From Vulcanimicrobiota bacterium (GTDB lineage: Bacteria; Vulcanimicrobiota; Vulcanimicrobiia; Vulcanimicrobiales; Vulcanimicrobiaceae), in NCBI GenBank assembly GCA_963809255.1, contig CAWEIR010000003.1, positions 759,049-823,048 on the forward strand: a stretch of 64,000 nt of DNA, in the 5' to 3' direction. Within the stretch, counting starts at the first letter, position 1; every line of letters begins with the position of its first letter. Positions 21,184 through 30,396 of the stretch are shown here, one piece after another. The notes beneath the pieces are model-generated. The model was not told where the DNA came from, did not search any database, and saw only the letters and a list, made by a program, of their open reading frames with translations. The position numbers and the translations under genes are program-made.

Positions 21184-22233
21184 CTACGTTGCGTGCCGAA
21201 AGACGTGCGTGAACTCGCCGGAGAAGAAGAGCGCTACCGCGCCCAATGCCAAGCACACGGCGTAGAGAACGAGCACCGCCTGTCGAACGTTGAGGCCGAA
21301 GCGGAAAATCAACTGATGGTGAAAATGGCCGCGATCGGCTTCGGTGATGCGTTTGCCGCTGCTGGCGCGGCGCACGATCGCGGCTGCCGTATCCAGCACC
21401 GGCAGCGCCAGCACCAGCAATGGCACCACGACGCTGATCGCAATGGCGGTTTTGCTAGCGCCGATGATCGAAACGGTACCGAATACGTAGCCGATGAAGA
21501 GCGAACCCGAATCGCCGAGAATTATTCGCGCCGGATTGAAGTTATACGGAAGAAAGCCGAGCGCCGCGCCGGCCAGCGCGATCACGACCAGCGCGACGAC
21601 GGGGTTTGCGTGCAGCACCGCGATGACAAAGAGAAAGACGCTCGAGATCGCGGCGACCCCCGCAAGCAGGCCGTCGAGGCCGTCGAGAAAGTTGATCGCG
21701 TTCATCATGCCGACGTACCAGAGCAGCGTCACGGGAACGCCCACCCACAATGGAAAGTCGATCCAGTTGGTTCCGGGATTGTGGTCGAACGGATTCGTGA
21801 TGCCTGGAATGATGAAGCCGTATAACATCGAGATCAACGCCACGACGATCTGAGCGAAGAGCTTGTTCCGAGGACGCATCTGCATCACGTCGTCCCAGAC
21901 GCCGACGCCGACGATCAGCAAGCTTCCAAAGAGTAGTCCCACGAGCCGGTGGACCGCATCGAACTGATCGGCCGCCGGCAGCAACCGCACCGGCGACGTC
22001 ATCGACACGCCCAGAACGGCGAAGAGCGCAAACGAGAACCCGAAGAAGACTGCAATCCCGCCCACGCGCGGCTTTGGGGTGTCGTGCATTCGCCGTTCGC
22101 CGGCGTCCCGGTCAACGATTCCCAGACGATTGGCAAGCCGCACGACCAGCGGCGTTGCCAGCAAGCTGACCACGGCGGCGATGGCAAAGGCCGTGGCATA
22201 AATCGTGCCCGCAATGAGCAAGTGGCGGCTCAA
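21184..22233 (-). CDS. undecaprenyl-phosphate HexNAc-1-phosphate transferase (MraY/WecA/TagO family, GT4)
   Basis: 349 aa polytopic membrane protein with motif NAINFLDGLDGL. Confidence 0.88.
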   Translation of the reverse strand: MSRHLLIAGTIYATAFAIAAVVSLLATPLVVRLANRLGIVDRDAGERRMHDTPKPRVGGIAVFFGFSFALFAVLGVSMTSPVRLLPAADQFDAVHRLVGLLFGSLLIVGVGVWDDVMQMRPRNKLFAQIVVALISMLYGFIIPGITNPFDHNPGTNWIDFPLWVGVPVTLLWYVGMMNAINFLDGLDGLLAGVAAISSVFLFVIAVLHANPVVALVVIALAGAALGFLPYNFNPARIILGDSGSLFIGYVFGTVSIIGASKTAIAISVVVPLLVLALPVLDTAAAIVRRASSGKRITEADRGHFHHQLIFRFGLNVRQAVLVLYAVCLALGAVALFFSGEFTHVFRHAT

Positions 22234-22667
22234 CCCCGGACTCCTTCGAGCGCGGAAAACGCGACCAGGGCTACTCCGGCCTCAGCCAACAACTGACTCG
22301 CGACCGGGTCGGGATACGGCTGGTCGTAAACGATTCTCGTCACGCCAGCGCTAATGAGCAGCTTCGAACAGTTCACGCAGGGCTGGTGCGTGCAATAGGC
22401 CGTGGCATCTTGCAGGCTGACGCCGTGCAGCGCGCCTTGCACGACCGCGTTGGCTTCGGCGTGTGTCGCCCGAAGGCAGTGCTCGCCGATTAGCGTGCAG
22501 CCGACCTCCGTGCAGTGAGCGACGCCGCGCGGGGCCCCGTTGTAGCCCGTCGTCAAGATACGGTGGGCACGCATTAAAACGCAGCCAACCGAAGCTCGCG
22601 GGCAGGTCGCGCGCGTACTGACCGTCTGCGCGATTTGCATGAAATACTCGTCCCAACCGGGGCGCAC
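22230..22667 (-). CDS. dCMP deaminase (ComEB-type cytidine/deoxycytidylate deaminase)
   Basis: Zinc motifs HAEANA and PCVNCSKLL. GTG 22667 is chosen because glyA stops at 22682. Confidence 0.85.
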   Translation of the reverse strand: MRPGWDEYFMQIAQTVSTRATCPRASVGCVLMRAHRILTTGYNGAPRGVAHCTEVGCTLIGEHCLRATHAEANAVVQGALHGVSLQDATAYCTHQPCVNCSKLLISAGVTRIVYDQPYPDPVASQLLAEAGVALVAFSALEGVRG

Positions 22668-22681
22668 GGCGTTACGACCGA

Positions 22682-23929
22682 TTAAGGAACGTCGTAGCGC
22701 GAGGTCAATTCGCGAACCCGTCCCCCAAGCCTCGCAATCTCGCGACGCTCTTCGATGTCGCCGAGGGCGTCGCAAATGATGCGAGCCACTTCGCGACAAT
22801 CCTGCGCCCCAAAACCCCGCGTCGTGATCGCCGGCGTGCCGATTCGAATGCCGCTGGCAACCATGGGCTTTTGAGTATCGAAGGGAATCGCGTTCTTGTT
22901 GACCGTGACGTTGATCTCGTCGAGGTAGGCCTCGACCGCCTTTCCGGTCAGACCCCTTACCGAGACGTCAACGAGCATCAGATGCGTGTCGGTTCCTCCC
23001 CCGACCAAACGCAGCCCGGCACGCATAAACTCCTCGGCCATAACGCGAGCATTTTCCACGACCCGTTCTTGGTACGTCTTGAAATCGGGGCGCAGCGCTT
23101 CACCGAACGCCACCGCTTTCGCGGCAATCGTATGCATCAGAGGGCCGCCCTGAATCCCGGGAAAAACGCTCTTATCCAAAGGTGCGGCCCAGTTCTGCGT
23201 GCAGAGGACGAAGCCGCCGCGCGGGCCGCGCAGCGTTTTGTGGGTCGTGGACGAGACGAAGTCGGCCAGCGGAATCGGCGAGGGATGGAGCCCGACCGCC
23301 ACGAGTCCCGCGATGTGCGCAAAATCGACGAGGAGCGCGGCGCCGATCTCCGATGCGATCTCGCGAAACGGTTCGTACTCCATTATGCGGGGATACGCGC
23401 TCGCGCCGGCAACGATCAGTTTCGGCTTATGTTCGCGAGCGAGCGCCCGAACTTCGTCGAAATCGATGAGCTCGGTGTCTTTACGGACCCCGTAGGCAAT
23501 CGCGTTGTAGAGCTTTCCCGAGAAACTGACCTTAGTTCCATGAGTCAAATGGCCGCCATGGGCGAGCGACATTCCGAGAACCGTATCGCCGGGTTGTAAG
23601 AGGGCCATGAAGACTGCCATGTTCGCTTGAGCGCCGGAGTGCGGCTGGACGTTGGCATGATCTGCGCCGAAGATTTGTTTCAGCCGCTCGAGCGCGAGCG
23701 TTTCGGCGACGTTGACCCACTGACAGCCGCCGTAATACCGCTTGCCCGGATAGCCTTCCGCGTATTTGTTGGTCATCACGCAGGCGTTGGCTTCGCGTAC
23801 CGCCCGGCTGGCGTAGTTCTCCGAAGCAATCAGCTCGAGGTTCTCTCTTTGCCGGAGTTCCTCGCCCGCAATGGCGACAAAGACTTCGGGGTCGCCCGCT
23901 TCGATGCGATTCGGCGTTAGAATGTCCAC
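22682..23929 (-). CDS. glyA: serine hydroxymethyltransferase
   Basis: Motifs [18 protein letters not shown] and [13 protein letters not shown] (PLP Lys). GTG 23929 gives 415 aa; the track ORF is over-extended to 24082. Confidence 0.95.
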   Translation of the reverse strand: MDILTPNRIEAGDPEVFVAIAGEELRQRENLELIASENYASRAVREANACVMTNKYAEGYPGKRYYGGCQWVNVAETLALERLKQIFGADHANVQPHSGAQANMAVFMALLQPGDTVLGMSLAHGGHLTHGTKVSFSGKLYNAIAYGVRKDTELIDFDEVRALAREHKPKLIVAGASAYPRIMEYEPFREIASEIGAALLVDFAHIAGLVAVGLHPSPIPLADFVSSTTHKTLRGPRGGFVLCTQNWAAPLDKSVFPGIQGGPLMHTIAAKAVAFGEALRPDFKTYQERVVENARVMAEEFMRAGLRLVGGGTDTHLMLVDVSVRGLTGKAVEAYLDEINVTVNKNAIPFDTQKPMVASGIRIGTPAITTRGFGAQDCREVARIICDALGDIEERREIARLGGRVRELTSRYDVP

Positions 23930-24019
23930 TACTAAAGGTCTTTGGGGATTTGCCCCCGGTGACCTTCGGTTTCTCGCGATGAGGGTAAGCAACGGCGAGC
24001 GGTCGAAAATCCGAGGCCG

Positions 24020-24754
24020 ATGAAGCTTGCCTGCGCAAGCGGCGCCGTCCACCGCGAGATCGAGAGCGGCGAGCTCACGCAACTAGAGTTCTTGGACTTG
24101 TGCGCGCGCGAATTGGGGTGCGACGGCGTCGTCTTAGACGTGCGGCATTTTCCTAGACCGGACGACGACTATCTCGCGCAGATCAAGAAGATGGCGACCG
24201 ACTGGGGGCTCTCGATTGCGGCGCTGAGCGACTCGAGCTTCTTTTGCTCGGAGCCGGAGCACGTGACGAAGGTTCTTAGCGATGCGGCCTCGCTCGGCGC
24301 GCCGGTGATCGCGGCCCCGCTCGCACTTCAGACCGAATGCTCCTGGAGCGAACAGTTGGAGCGGCTCGCCTTCGCCACGTCGCTGGCAAAGCGCCTCAAC
24401 GTTACGCTGGCTTTGCGCAATGCCCCAAACACATTCGCCGCCGGGACTCAAGATTGCAAGCGCGTCGTCAAGGAGACCGACTCCGCCTGGCTGCGGTACG
24501 GGCCCGATCCACAGGAGCTCGATGCCGGCAGCGACGCACAAGCTCTCGCGCCAAACACCGTCTTACTGTGGAGCGGGCTGCGCACACAGACAGAGCAAAC
24601 GGTCGCCGCCGCGACCCACGCGTTCGCAGCTTTTCGCGGATACGTCGCCATCGACGAGGCGTCGGGCGCGGCAACAAGGGACGGGCTTGCGGCCGCGATC
24701 GCTTCGTGGCGCGGCGCACTTTGCGCCCAATACAAAGAACTCAACCACAAATAG
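24020..24754 (+). CDS. sugar phosphate isomerase/epimerase (xylose isomerase-like TIM barrel) family protein
   Basis: 244 aa. Pattern [17 protein letters not shown]...[15 protein letters not shown]...LALRNAP resembles the AP_endonuc_2 TIM barrel. Divergent from glyA. Confidence 0.55.
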   Translation: MKLACASGAVHREIESGELTQLEFLDLCARELGCDGVVLDVRHFPRPDDDYLAQIKKMATDWGLSIAALSDSSFFCSEPEHVTKVLSDAASLGAPVIAAPLALQTECSWSEQLERLAFATSLAKRLNVTLALRNAPNTFAAGTQDCKRVVKETDSAWLRYGPDPQELDAGSDAQALAPNTVLLWSGLRTQTEQTVAAATHAFAAFRGYVAIDEASGAATRDGLAAAIASWRGALCAQYKELNHK

Positions 24755-25011
24755 CGTCTTGCGTACGCGGTACGAACCTGCATTCTCGCAGGTGGGTGCG
24801 GCCCGGGCGCCGGTTTGGGGCAGGCATCTCGAGCCCGCCGCTCCGTCGTATCCGGAGCTGATGCTCCCTAGGTAGTATAAGTCGGTTCGGTACCTACGTT
24901 CGCTGCGCGCTAAGCGCAGTCGAGCCCCTCTACCGTACCACCGTGAGTCAAGTGGCTCGGCTCCTAAGCCCAAGCCGGTGGAAGCCGGTGCGCCCACGAA
25001 GTGCGAGGCCG

Positions 25012-26031
25012 ATGTCTTCGCTCTCGATCTCGGTCTGCGCGATGGAGCTGCCGCTCGTACACGTCTTCAAGATCGCGCGCGGTGAAGAAGCAATCGCCCG
25101 CACCGCAGTCGTCCGCGTTCGAGCCGCCGGTCTCGAGGGTATCGGCGAGGCCACGCCGATCGAACGCTACGGGGAGTCCGTGGAGAGCGTCATTGCGTAT
25201 TTCAGAGCGCATCCGCTGCCCTGCGACGACCCCTTCCGCCTCGAATCACTGCTGCGCGCGGAGATCCCCGCGGCGGCGCGCGCGGGGCTCGATCTCGCGC
25301 TCCACGATCTAATCGGCAAAGAGCTCGGTAAACCGCTCTACGCGCTGCTTGGTCTCGATCCGTCGCGCGCGCCGCTGACTTCGTTCACGATCGGCATCGC
25401 CGACCCGCAAATGACGCTGCGCAAGGTTGACGAAGCCGCGCACTATCCGATTCTCAAAGTCAAGCTCGGAACCGGCACGCTCTCCGAACAGGTCGAGGTC
25501 GTCGCGGCGATCCGCGGACGTTACGGCGGCGCGCTTCGTCTCGACGCCAACGAAGGTTGGAATGTGGACGAGGCGATTACGATTCTGCGCGAGCTGCAAC
25601 GCTACGAGATCGAGTTTTGCGAACAACCCGTCGCCGCCGGCAACCCGCAGTGGCTGCGAGCGATTCGCGACCGCGTCTCCATACCGATCGTCGCCGATGA
25701 AGATTGCCTCGTTGCAAGCGATCTTCCGCCATTATACGGTTGCATCGACGGCGTCAACGTCAAGCTCGCCAAGGCCGGTGGTATTCGTGGCGCGCTGGCG
25801 ATGATCCACACCGCACGCGCGATGGGATTGAAGGTCATGATCGGCTGCATGGTCGAGAGCGCAATTGCCGCGACCGCCGCAGCACACGTCTCGCCGCTGG
25901 CGGACTGGGCGGACCTCGACGGGCCGCTCTTGATATCGCGCGATCCCTTTACCGGCGTGGGCTACGACGCGGGCAGGGTATTGATCCCGCAAGCGCCCGG
26001 GCTGGGCGTTCGCGAAAGTGCGCCGCGGTGA
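25012..26031 (+). CDS. dipeptide epimerase / N-acyl-amino-acid racemase type enzyme (enolase superfamily, MR/MLE)
   Basis: Motifs ILKVKLG, LRLDANEGW, EFCEQPV, IVADEDC and VNVKLAKAGG. ATG 25012 follows GAGG. Confidence 0.85.
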   Translation: MSSLSISVCAMELPLVHVFKIARGEEAIARTAVVRVRAAGLEGIGEATPIERYGESVESVIAYFRAHPLPCDDPFRLESLLRAEIPAAARAGLDLALHDLIGKELGKPLYALLGLDPSRAPLTSFTIGIADPQMTLRKVDEAAHYPILKVKLGTGTLSEQVEVVAAIRGRYGGALRLDANEGWNVDEAITILRELQRYEIEFCEQPVAAGNPQWLRAIRDRVSIPIVADEDCLVASDLPPLYGCIDGVNVKLAKAGGIRGALAMIHTARAMGLKVMIGCMVESAIAATAAAHVSPLADWADLDGPLLISRDPFTGVGYDAGRVLIPQAPGLGVRESAPR

Positions 26032-27095
26032 CGCGACGTTACGCGATTCTCGCTCCGGATCGCTTCGAGCACGACGCCAAGACCGCACACGGCGTGATTC
26101 GCTATGGCAGTGACGAGGTGGTGGCGGTCATCGACCCGACACACGCCGGGCGGCGCGTGCGCGACGTTCTCGCGTACCTCGACAGCGACGCTCCCATCGT
26201 CGGCAGCGTTGCGGAGGCACTGGAACACGCTCCGACGTCACTGCTGATCGGAACCGCGCCCAAGGGCGGCGGTCTTCCACCCGATTGGCGCGCGGCCGTC
26301 GCGCAAGCAATCGCCGCGAAACTCGAGATCGTCAGCGGCCTGCACGAGATACTCGGAATCGATCGCGAGTTTCGAAGCGCCGCGCGCGCGGCAGGCACGG
26401 CGATCTGGGATGTGCGCGAGCCTCCCGAGGTACCGCTCTTTTCCGGCGACGCCTACGAGGTGCAAGCGCCGATTCTTCTCACGGTCGGTAACGATTGCGC
26501 GGTCGGTAAGATGACGGTCGCACTCGAGCTCGTAGCGGCCGCGTGTGCAGCGGGAAAGAAGGCTCGATTTGTCCCGACCGGTCAGACCGGCATCGTCATA
26601 GCAGGGTGGGGAATTTCGGTTGACCGCATCATTGCCGATTTCGCGGCGGGCGCCGCCGAACAACTCGTGCTCTACGCCGCGCACGAAGGCGCCGATCTCA
26701 TCGTCGTCGAGGGGCAAGGCGCGATCAACCATCCGGCCTATGCACCGGTGACGCTCGCGTTGATGACCGGGTGCGCACCGGACGCGTTGGTCCTCGTCTG
26801 CGATCCAAATCGCGCTCGCATAGAATCCTATGCAACGCCGGTTCTCGGCTATAAACACCTGATCGCCGTTCACGAGGCGTTGCTCGAAACCGTCAAGCCG
26901 GCACCGGTCGTCGGCATCGCTCTGAACACCCGCGGCTTGAGCGAGGCGCAAGCTCGCGCCGAAATCGCGCGGGCGCGCGACGAAACGCAACTGCCGGCCA
27001 GCGACGTCGTCCGCTTTAGTGCGGATGATTTCTTCTCGCAGATCGCTGCACGCATCGTCAAACGGCTGCCGCTGGGCGCGCGACCCCAACCGTGA
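26028..27095 (+). CDS. DUF1611 domain protein (DgcN-type putative N-acetyltransferase family)
   Basis: Motifs AILAPDRFEHDAKTAHGVIRYG, GNDCAVGKMT and VVEGQGAINHPAY. The GTG start overlaps the epimerase stop as GTGA. The track ORF is over-extended to 25704. Confidence 0.75.
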   Translation: MTRRYAILAPDRFEHDAKTAHGVIRYGSDEVVAVIDPTHAGRRVRDVLAYLDSDAPIVGSVAEALEHAPTSLLIGTAPKGGGLPPDWRAAVAQAIAAKLEIVSGLHEILGIDREFRSAARAAGTAIWDVREPPEVPLFSGDAYEVQAPILLTVGNDCAVGKMTVALELVAAACAAGKKARFVPTGQTGIVIAGWGISVDRIIADFAAGAAEQLVLYAAHEGADLIVVEGQGAINHPAYAPVTLALMTGCAPDALVLVCDPNRARIESYATPVLGYKHLIAVHEALLETVKPAPVVGIALNTRGLSEAQARAEIARARDETQLPASDVVRFSADDFFSQIAARIVKRLPLGARPQP

Positions 27096-28714
27096 ACTCC
27101 ATCCGCATCGCGGCGGCTGCGCTGGCGCTGCTCGTCGCAGGTTCCGGTTGCTCGAGAGCGACTGCGCCGTCGAGGGGCGAACGGAACTCCTGGACGATTC
27201 CCGGCGTAGTGCGCATCGGTGAAGATGAAGAGCCCGACAGCCTCAACCTGATGTACGCGCACAGCGCCGCCAGCGACGCGATCGTCGGCCTGCTCTTTTC
27301 ATTCATCCTCCGTTACGACGCGCAGGGAAACTACATCCCCGATCTGGCGACACAAGTGCCGACGCTGCGCAACGGCGGGATCAGCCGCGACGGTAAGAGG
27401 ATCATCGTACATCTGCGTAAAGGCGTCGTATGGGCGGACGGCGCGCCGTTAACGGCGGCCGACTGGCTCTTCACCTATAACGCCGTCCGAAATCCTCTCA
27501 ACGTCGTCAAAACGACATACGGATGGGACGATATCGCCTCCGCGAGCGCTCCGAATCCCTACACGATCGTCATTGCGCTCAAACGGCCAAACGTGGCGGT
27601 CCTAGGAATTCTCGCGATCGGCGGAGCCGCGTATCCGCCGATGCCCGCGCATCTGCTCGCGAAGGGCGACAGCCTGCGCCAGGCGAGCTTCAACGAGAGT
27701 CCACTCTCCAGCGGACCGTTCGTGCTCGAGAGATGGAACCACGGGAGCTCGTTGACGTTCGTGCCGAACCGCCGCTATTTTCGCGGGGCGCCGCACCTCA
27801 AAGAAGTCGTCTGGAAGGTCGTTCCCGACGTCAACACCCTCTTCAACGAGCTCGTGACGCACGAAATCGACGTCTATCCGACCGTTAACGTGAACGATAT
27901 CGCCCGTTTGCAAAGTATCTCCGGCATCACCGTGAAGCGCCGAACGATTGCGAACTGGCGACACCTCGGACTCAATCTGAGCCGGCCGCAGCTGGCCGAC
28001 GCGCGAGTACGCCGCGCAATTGCCGAGGCAATCGATTGGAGGCGCATCGAGGCGACGGTGTATCACGGGGTTGACTCACTCGCGGTCTCGGATATCTACC
28101 CCGAGCTTTGGGCCGCGCCCACGCTACCGTCGTACCGCTACGATCCACCCGATGCGAAGCGCCTGCTCGCGGCAGCCGGATGGAAACCGGACGCCGGCGG
28201 CACTCTCCATAAAGGCGCGCTCGCGATGAATCTGAGCATCTACGCAACGACCGGCCATCAAGAGAACACCGAATCGCAAGTGTTGATCCAATCGATGCTG
28301 CGCGCCGTCGGCATCGACGTCGCGGTTCGTAACTATCCTGGAAACTATCTCTTTGCGATGGAGGGGCCCCTGTATACGGGCAAATACGATCTCGAGTGGT
28401 CCGTCGAAACGAACGGACCGGATCCCGATAACTCCGGGAGCTGGGCCGGCGCCTTCATTCCGCCGCACGGCGCGAACACGTCGTGGCTCAACGATGCTAT
28501 CGTGAACGCGACGAGCCTGGCGGCGGCGAGCACGTTTGACCCCGCGGCGCGCAAGCGGCTCTACCAGCGCGAAGAGGAGCGCATCCGGGAACTGGTGCCG
28601 GCCGTCTTTTTCAGCTGGGAGACCGACTATACGGCGATCAACGACGACCTGAAGAACTACGTTCCAGCGGCGTTCATCGGCGACACATGGAACGCGTGGC
28701 AGTGGCAAATCTAA
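27092..28714 (+). CDS. ABC transporter substrate-binding lipoprotein, peptide/nickel family (SBP_bac_5)
   Basis: Lipobox LLVAGSGC. 540 aa with a DppA/OppA-like pattern. The GTG start overlaps the upstream stop as GTGA. No permease or ATPase genes are adjacent. Confidence 0.85.
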   Translation: MNSIRIAAAALALLVAGSGCSRATAPSRGERNSWTIPGVVRIGEDEEPDSLNLMYAHSAASDAIVGLLFSFILRYDAQGNYIPDLATQVPTLRNGGISRDGKRIIVHLRKGVVWADGAPLTAADWLFTYNAVRNPLNVVKTTYGWDDIASASAPNPYTIVIALKRPNVAVLGILAIGGAAYPPMPAHLLAKGDSLRQASFNESPLSSGPFVLERWNHGSSLTFVPNRRYFRGAPHLKEVVWKVVPDVNTLFNELVTHEIDVYPTVNVNDIARLQSISGITVKRRTIANWRHLGLNLSRPQLADARVRRAIAEAIDWRRIEATVYHGVDSLAVSDIYPELWAAPTLPSYRYDPPDAKRLLAAAGWKPDAGGTLHKGALAMNLSIYATTGHQENTESQVLIQSMLRAVGIDVAVRNYPGNYLFAMEGPLYTGKYDLEWSVETNGPDPDNSGSWAGAFIPPHGANTSWLNDAIVNATSLAAASTFDPAARKRLYQREEERIRELVPAVFFSWETDYTAINDDLKNYVPAAFIGDTWNAWQWQI

Positions 28715-29607
28715 ACGCTCCCGCTTTCGCGCAGACGCTTGGGGCCCAAGGCGGCGCGACGCTCTTCTTCGAACCAACGCGGACCGGGGTATTGAGCTGG
28801 AACACCCTCGCACCCAGAGGACGGATCGCATTTCGTCTGCTGCGCGCGCATCAGACCGACGGCGACTGGCTCGATCATTCGGAATGGCAAAGCGATGCCG
28901 CTACGTCATTGAGCCCCGCGCACGCCGGCACGAACGTGGCAGTCGATGTCATCTCCGCTTTGCAGCCCTTCGACGGGATCGAAGTGCGTGCGCCCGGCAT
29001 CCGGTTCGAACTGCTCGCATTCTCCGCGCCCGTACATTCGCGGCCGTCGCTTCCCTACGCGCGAGACTCATTGATTCTCGACGTCCCGGCGCGCTCGCAA
29101 TACCCGAGCCCGACACCAACAAAGGAAGAGCGCGGATGGTGCAGCCCCGCCAGCCTTTCCATGATTCACGCCTATCACGGTATCGATCTCCCCCTGGAGC
29201 AAGCCGCACTCGGCGTCTTCGACCGCGCCTACAACGGAACGGGAAACTGGGCCTTCAACGTTGCCTACAGCGGCAGGCTCGGCTTTCGAGCCGTCGTTGC
29301 GCATCTGGGCAACCTCGACCACGCCCAGCGTCTGATCGAGCGTAATCTCCCGCTGGCCATTTCGTATTCGTGGAGTCCCGGAGAGCTGCCCGGCGCGCCG
29401 TTACCTCATTCCGACGGCCATCTCGCCGTGCTCTGCGGATTTACGCGCAACGGCGACTGCGCGATCAATGATCCCGCCGCTCCAAACGTACGCGTCGTCT
29501 ATCCACGCGCCGAAATCGAGCGGATTTGGCAACGCAACGACGGCATCGCCTACGTCGTGGCGCCGGTCGGCGTCGAGTTCGCCGACGTGCTGGCCGGGAC
29601 GCTGTAA
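28687..29607 (+). CDS. peptidase C39-like domain protein (papain-fold Cys/His)
   Basis: C-terminal half: ERGWCSPASLSMIHAYHG (Cys) ... SDGHLAVLCGF (His) ... INDPAAP. The N-terminal ~130 aa has no recognisable family. Confidence 0.6.
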   Translation: MERVAVANLNAPAFAQTLGAQGGATLFFEPTRTGVLSWNTLAPRGRIAFRLLRAHQTDGDWLDHSEWQSDAATSLSPAHAGTNVAVDVISALQPFDGIEVRAPGIRFELLAFSAPVHSRPSLPYARDSLILDVPARSQYPSPTPTKEERGWCSPASLSMIHAYHGIDLPLEQAALGVFDRAYNGTGNWAFNVAYSGRLGFRAVVAHLGNLDHAQRLIERNLPLAISYSWSPGELPGAPLPHSDGHLAVLCGFTRNGDCAINDPAAPNVRVVYPRAEIERIWQRNDGIAYVVAPVGVEFADVLAGTL

Positions 29608-29610
29608 CCG

Positions 29611-30396
29611 GTGCGAGACCTCGCCGCGATTGCGGCCGCCGTCGTCCGATGCCGGCGCTGCCCGGAGCTCCGAGCCTACACCGCGCAAGTCGCGCGCGAA
29701 AAGAAACGCGAGCATCGCGACTGCAGCTACTGGGGGAAGCCGGTACCGGGGTTCGGCGACACGCTCGCCCGCATGGTCTTGGTTGGGCTCGCTCCCGGAG
29801 CTCACGGCAGCAATCGTACCGGGCGCCCCTTCACCGGTGACGCGTCGGGCGACTTTCTCTATCCCGCGCTCTATCGCGCGGGTTTTGCCTCCGCCCCCGT
29901 TGCACGCGATCGCAATGACGGCCTCGTGCTTGCCGACTGCTACATTACCGCTGCGGCGCGTTGCGCGCCGCCTGCGAACAAGCCGACTCCCGGAGAGCTA
30001 AAGAACTGCTTTCCCTACTTGCTCGAAGAGTTCGATGCCCTCGATCGGATTGTGGTGATGATCGGCCTCGGAGCGATTGGCTTCAACGCCGTCGCGCGCG
30101 TGCTCGACCGGCGCGGCTTTGCGTTCGAACCGCCCAAGCCGGTATTCTCGCATGGGGCGCACTACGTCGCTCGCAATGGACGGCGAACGATTTCCGCGAT
30201 CGCCTCCTTTCATCCGAGCCGGCAGAACACGAACACGGGTAAGCTGACCGTTCCGATGTTCGACGCGATTTTTACCCGCGCGAAGGAGATTCTGGCGCGC
30301 GCCGGAGATGCAGATCCGCGATCAGCTGATCCGGTACCAGGCTCGGCGCATCCATCATCAAATCCCGAGCGCCTTGATTCTTCGGGAACGCAATAA
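29611..30396 (+). CDS. uracil-DNA glycosylase, family 4/5 (UdgB-like, Fe-S)
   Basis: Motifs CRRCPEL, GLAPGAHGSNRTGRPFTGD and FHPSRQN. The 3' ~125 nt overlap the convergent aspS. Confidence 0.85.
   Translation: MRDLAAIAAAVVRCRRCPELRAYTAQVAREKKREHRDCSYWGKPVPGFGDTLARMVLVGLAPGAHGSNRTGRPFTGDASGDFLYPALYRAGFASAPVARDRNDGLVLADCYITAAARCAPPANKPTPGELKNCFPYLLEEFDALDRIVVMIGLGAIGFNAVARVLDRRGFAFEPPKPVFSHGAHYVARNGRRTISAIASFHPSRQNTNTGKLTVPMFDAIFTRAKEILARAGDADPRSADPVPGSAHPSSNPERLDSSGTQ

Noticed and set aside
24935-24942. T-box-like GGTGGTAC string (reverse complement of GTACCACC) in the 257-nt spacer
   Set aside because: It lies on the minus strand, pointing into the antisense of the TIM-barrel gene, with no tRNA-ligase gene downstream and no specifier-loop architecture.
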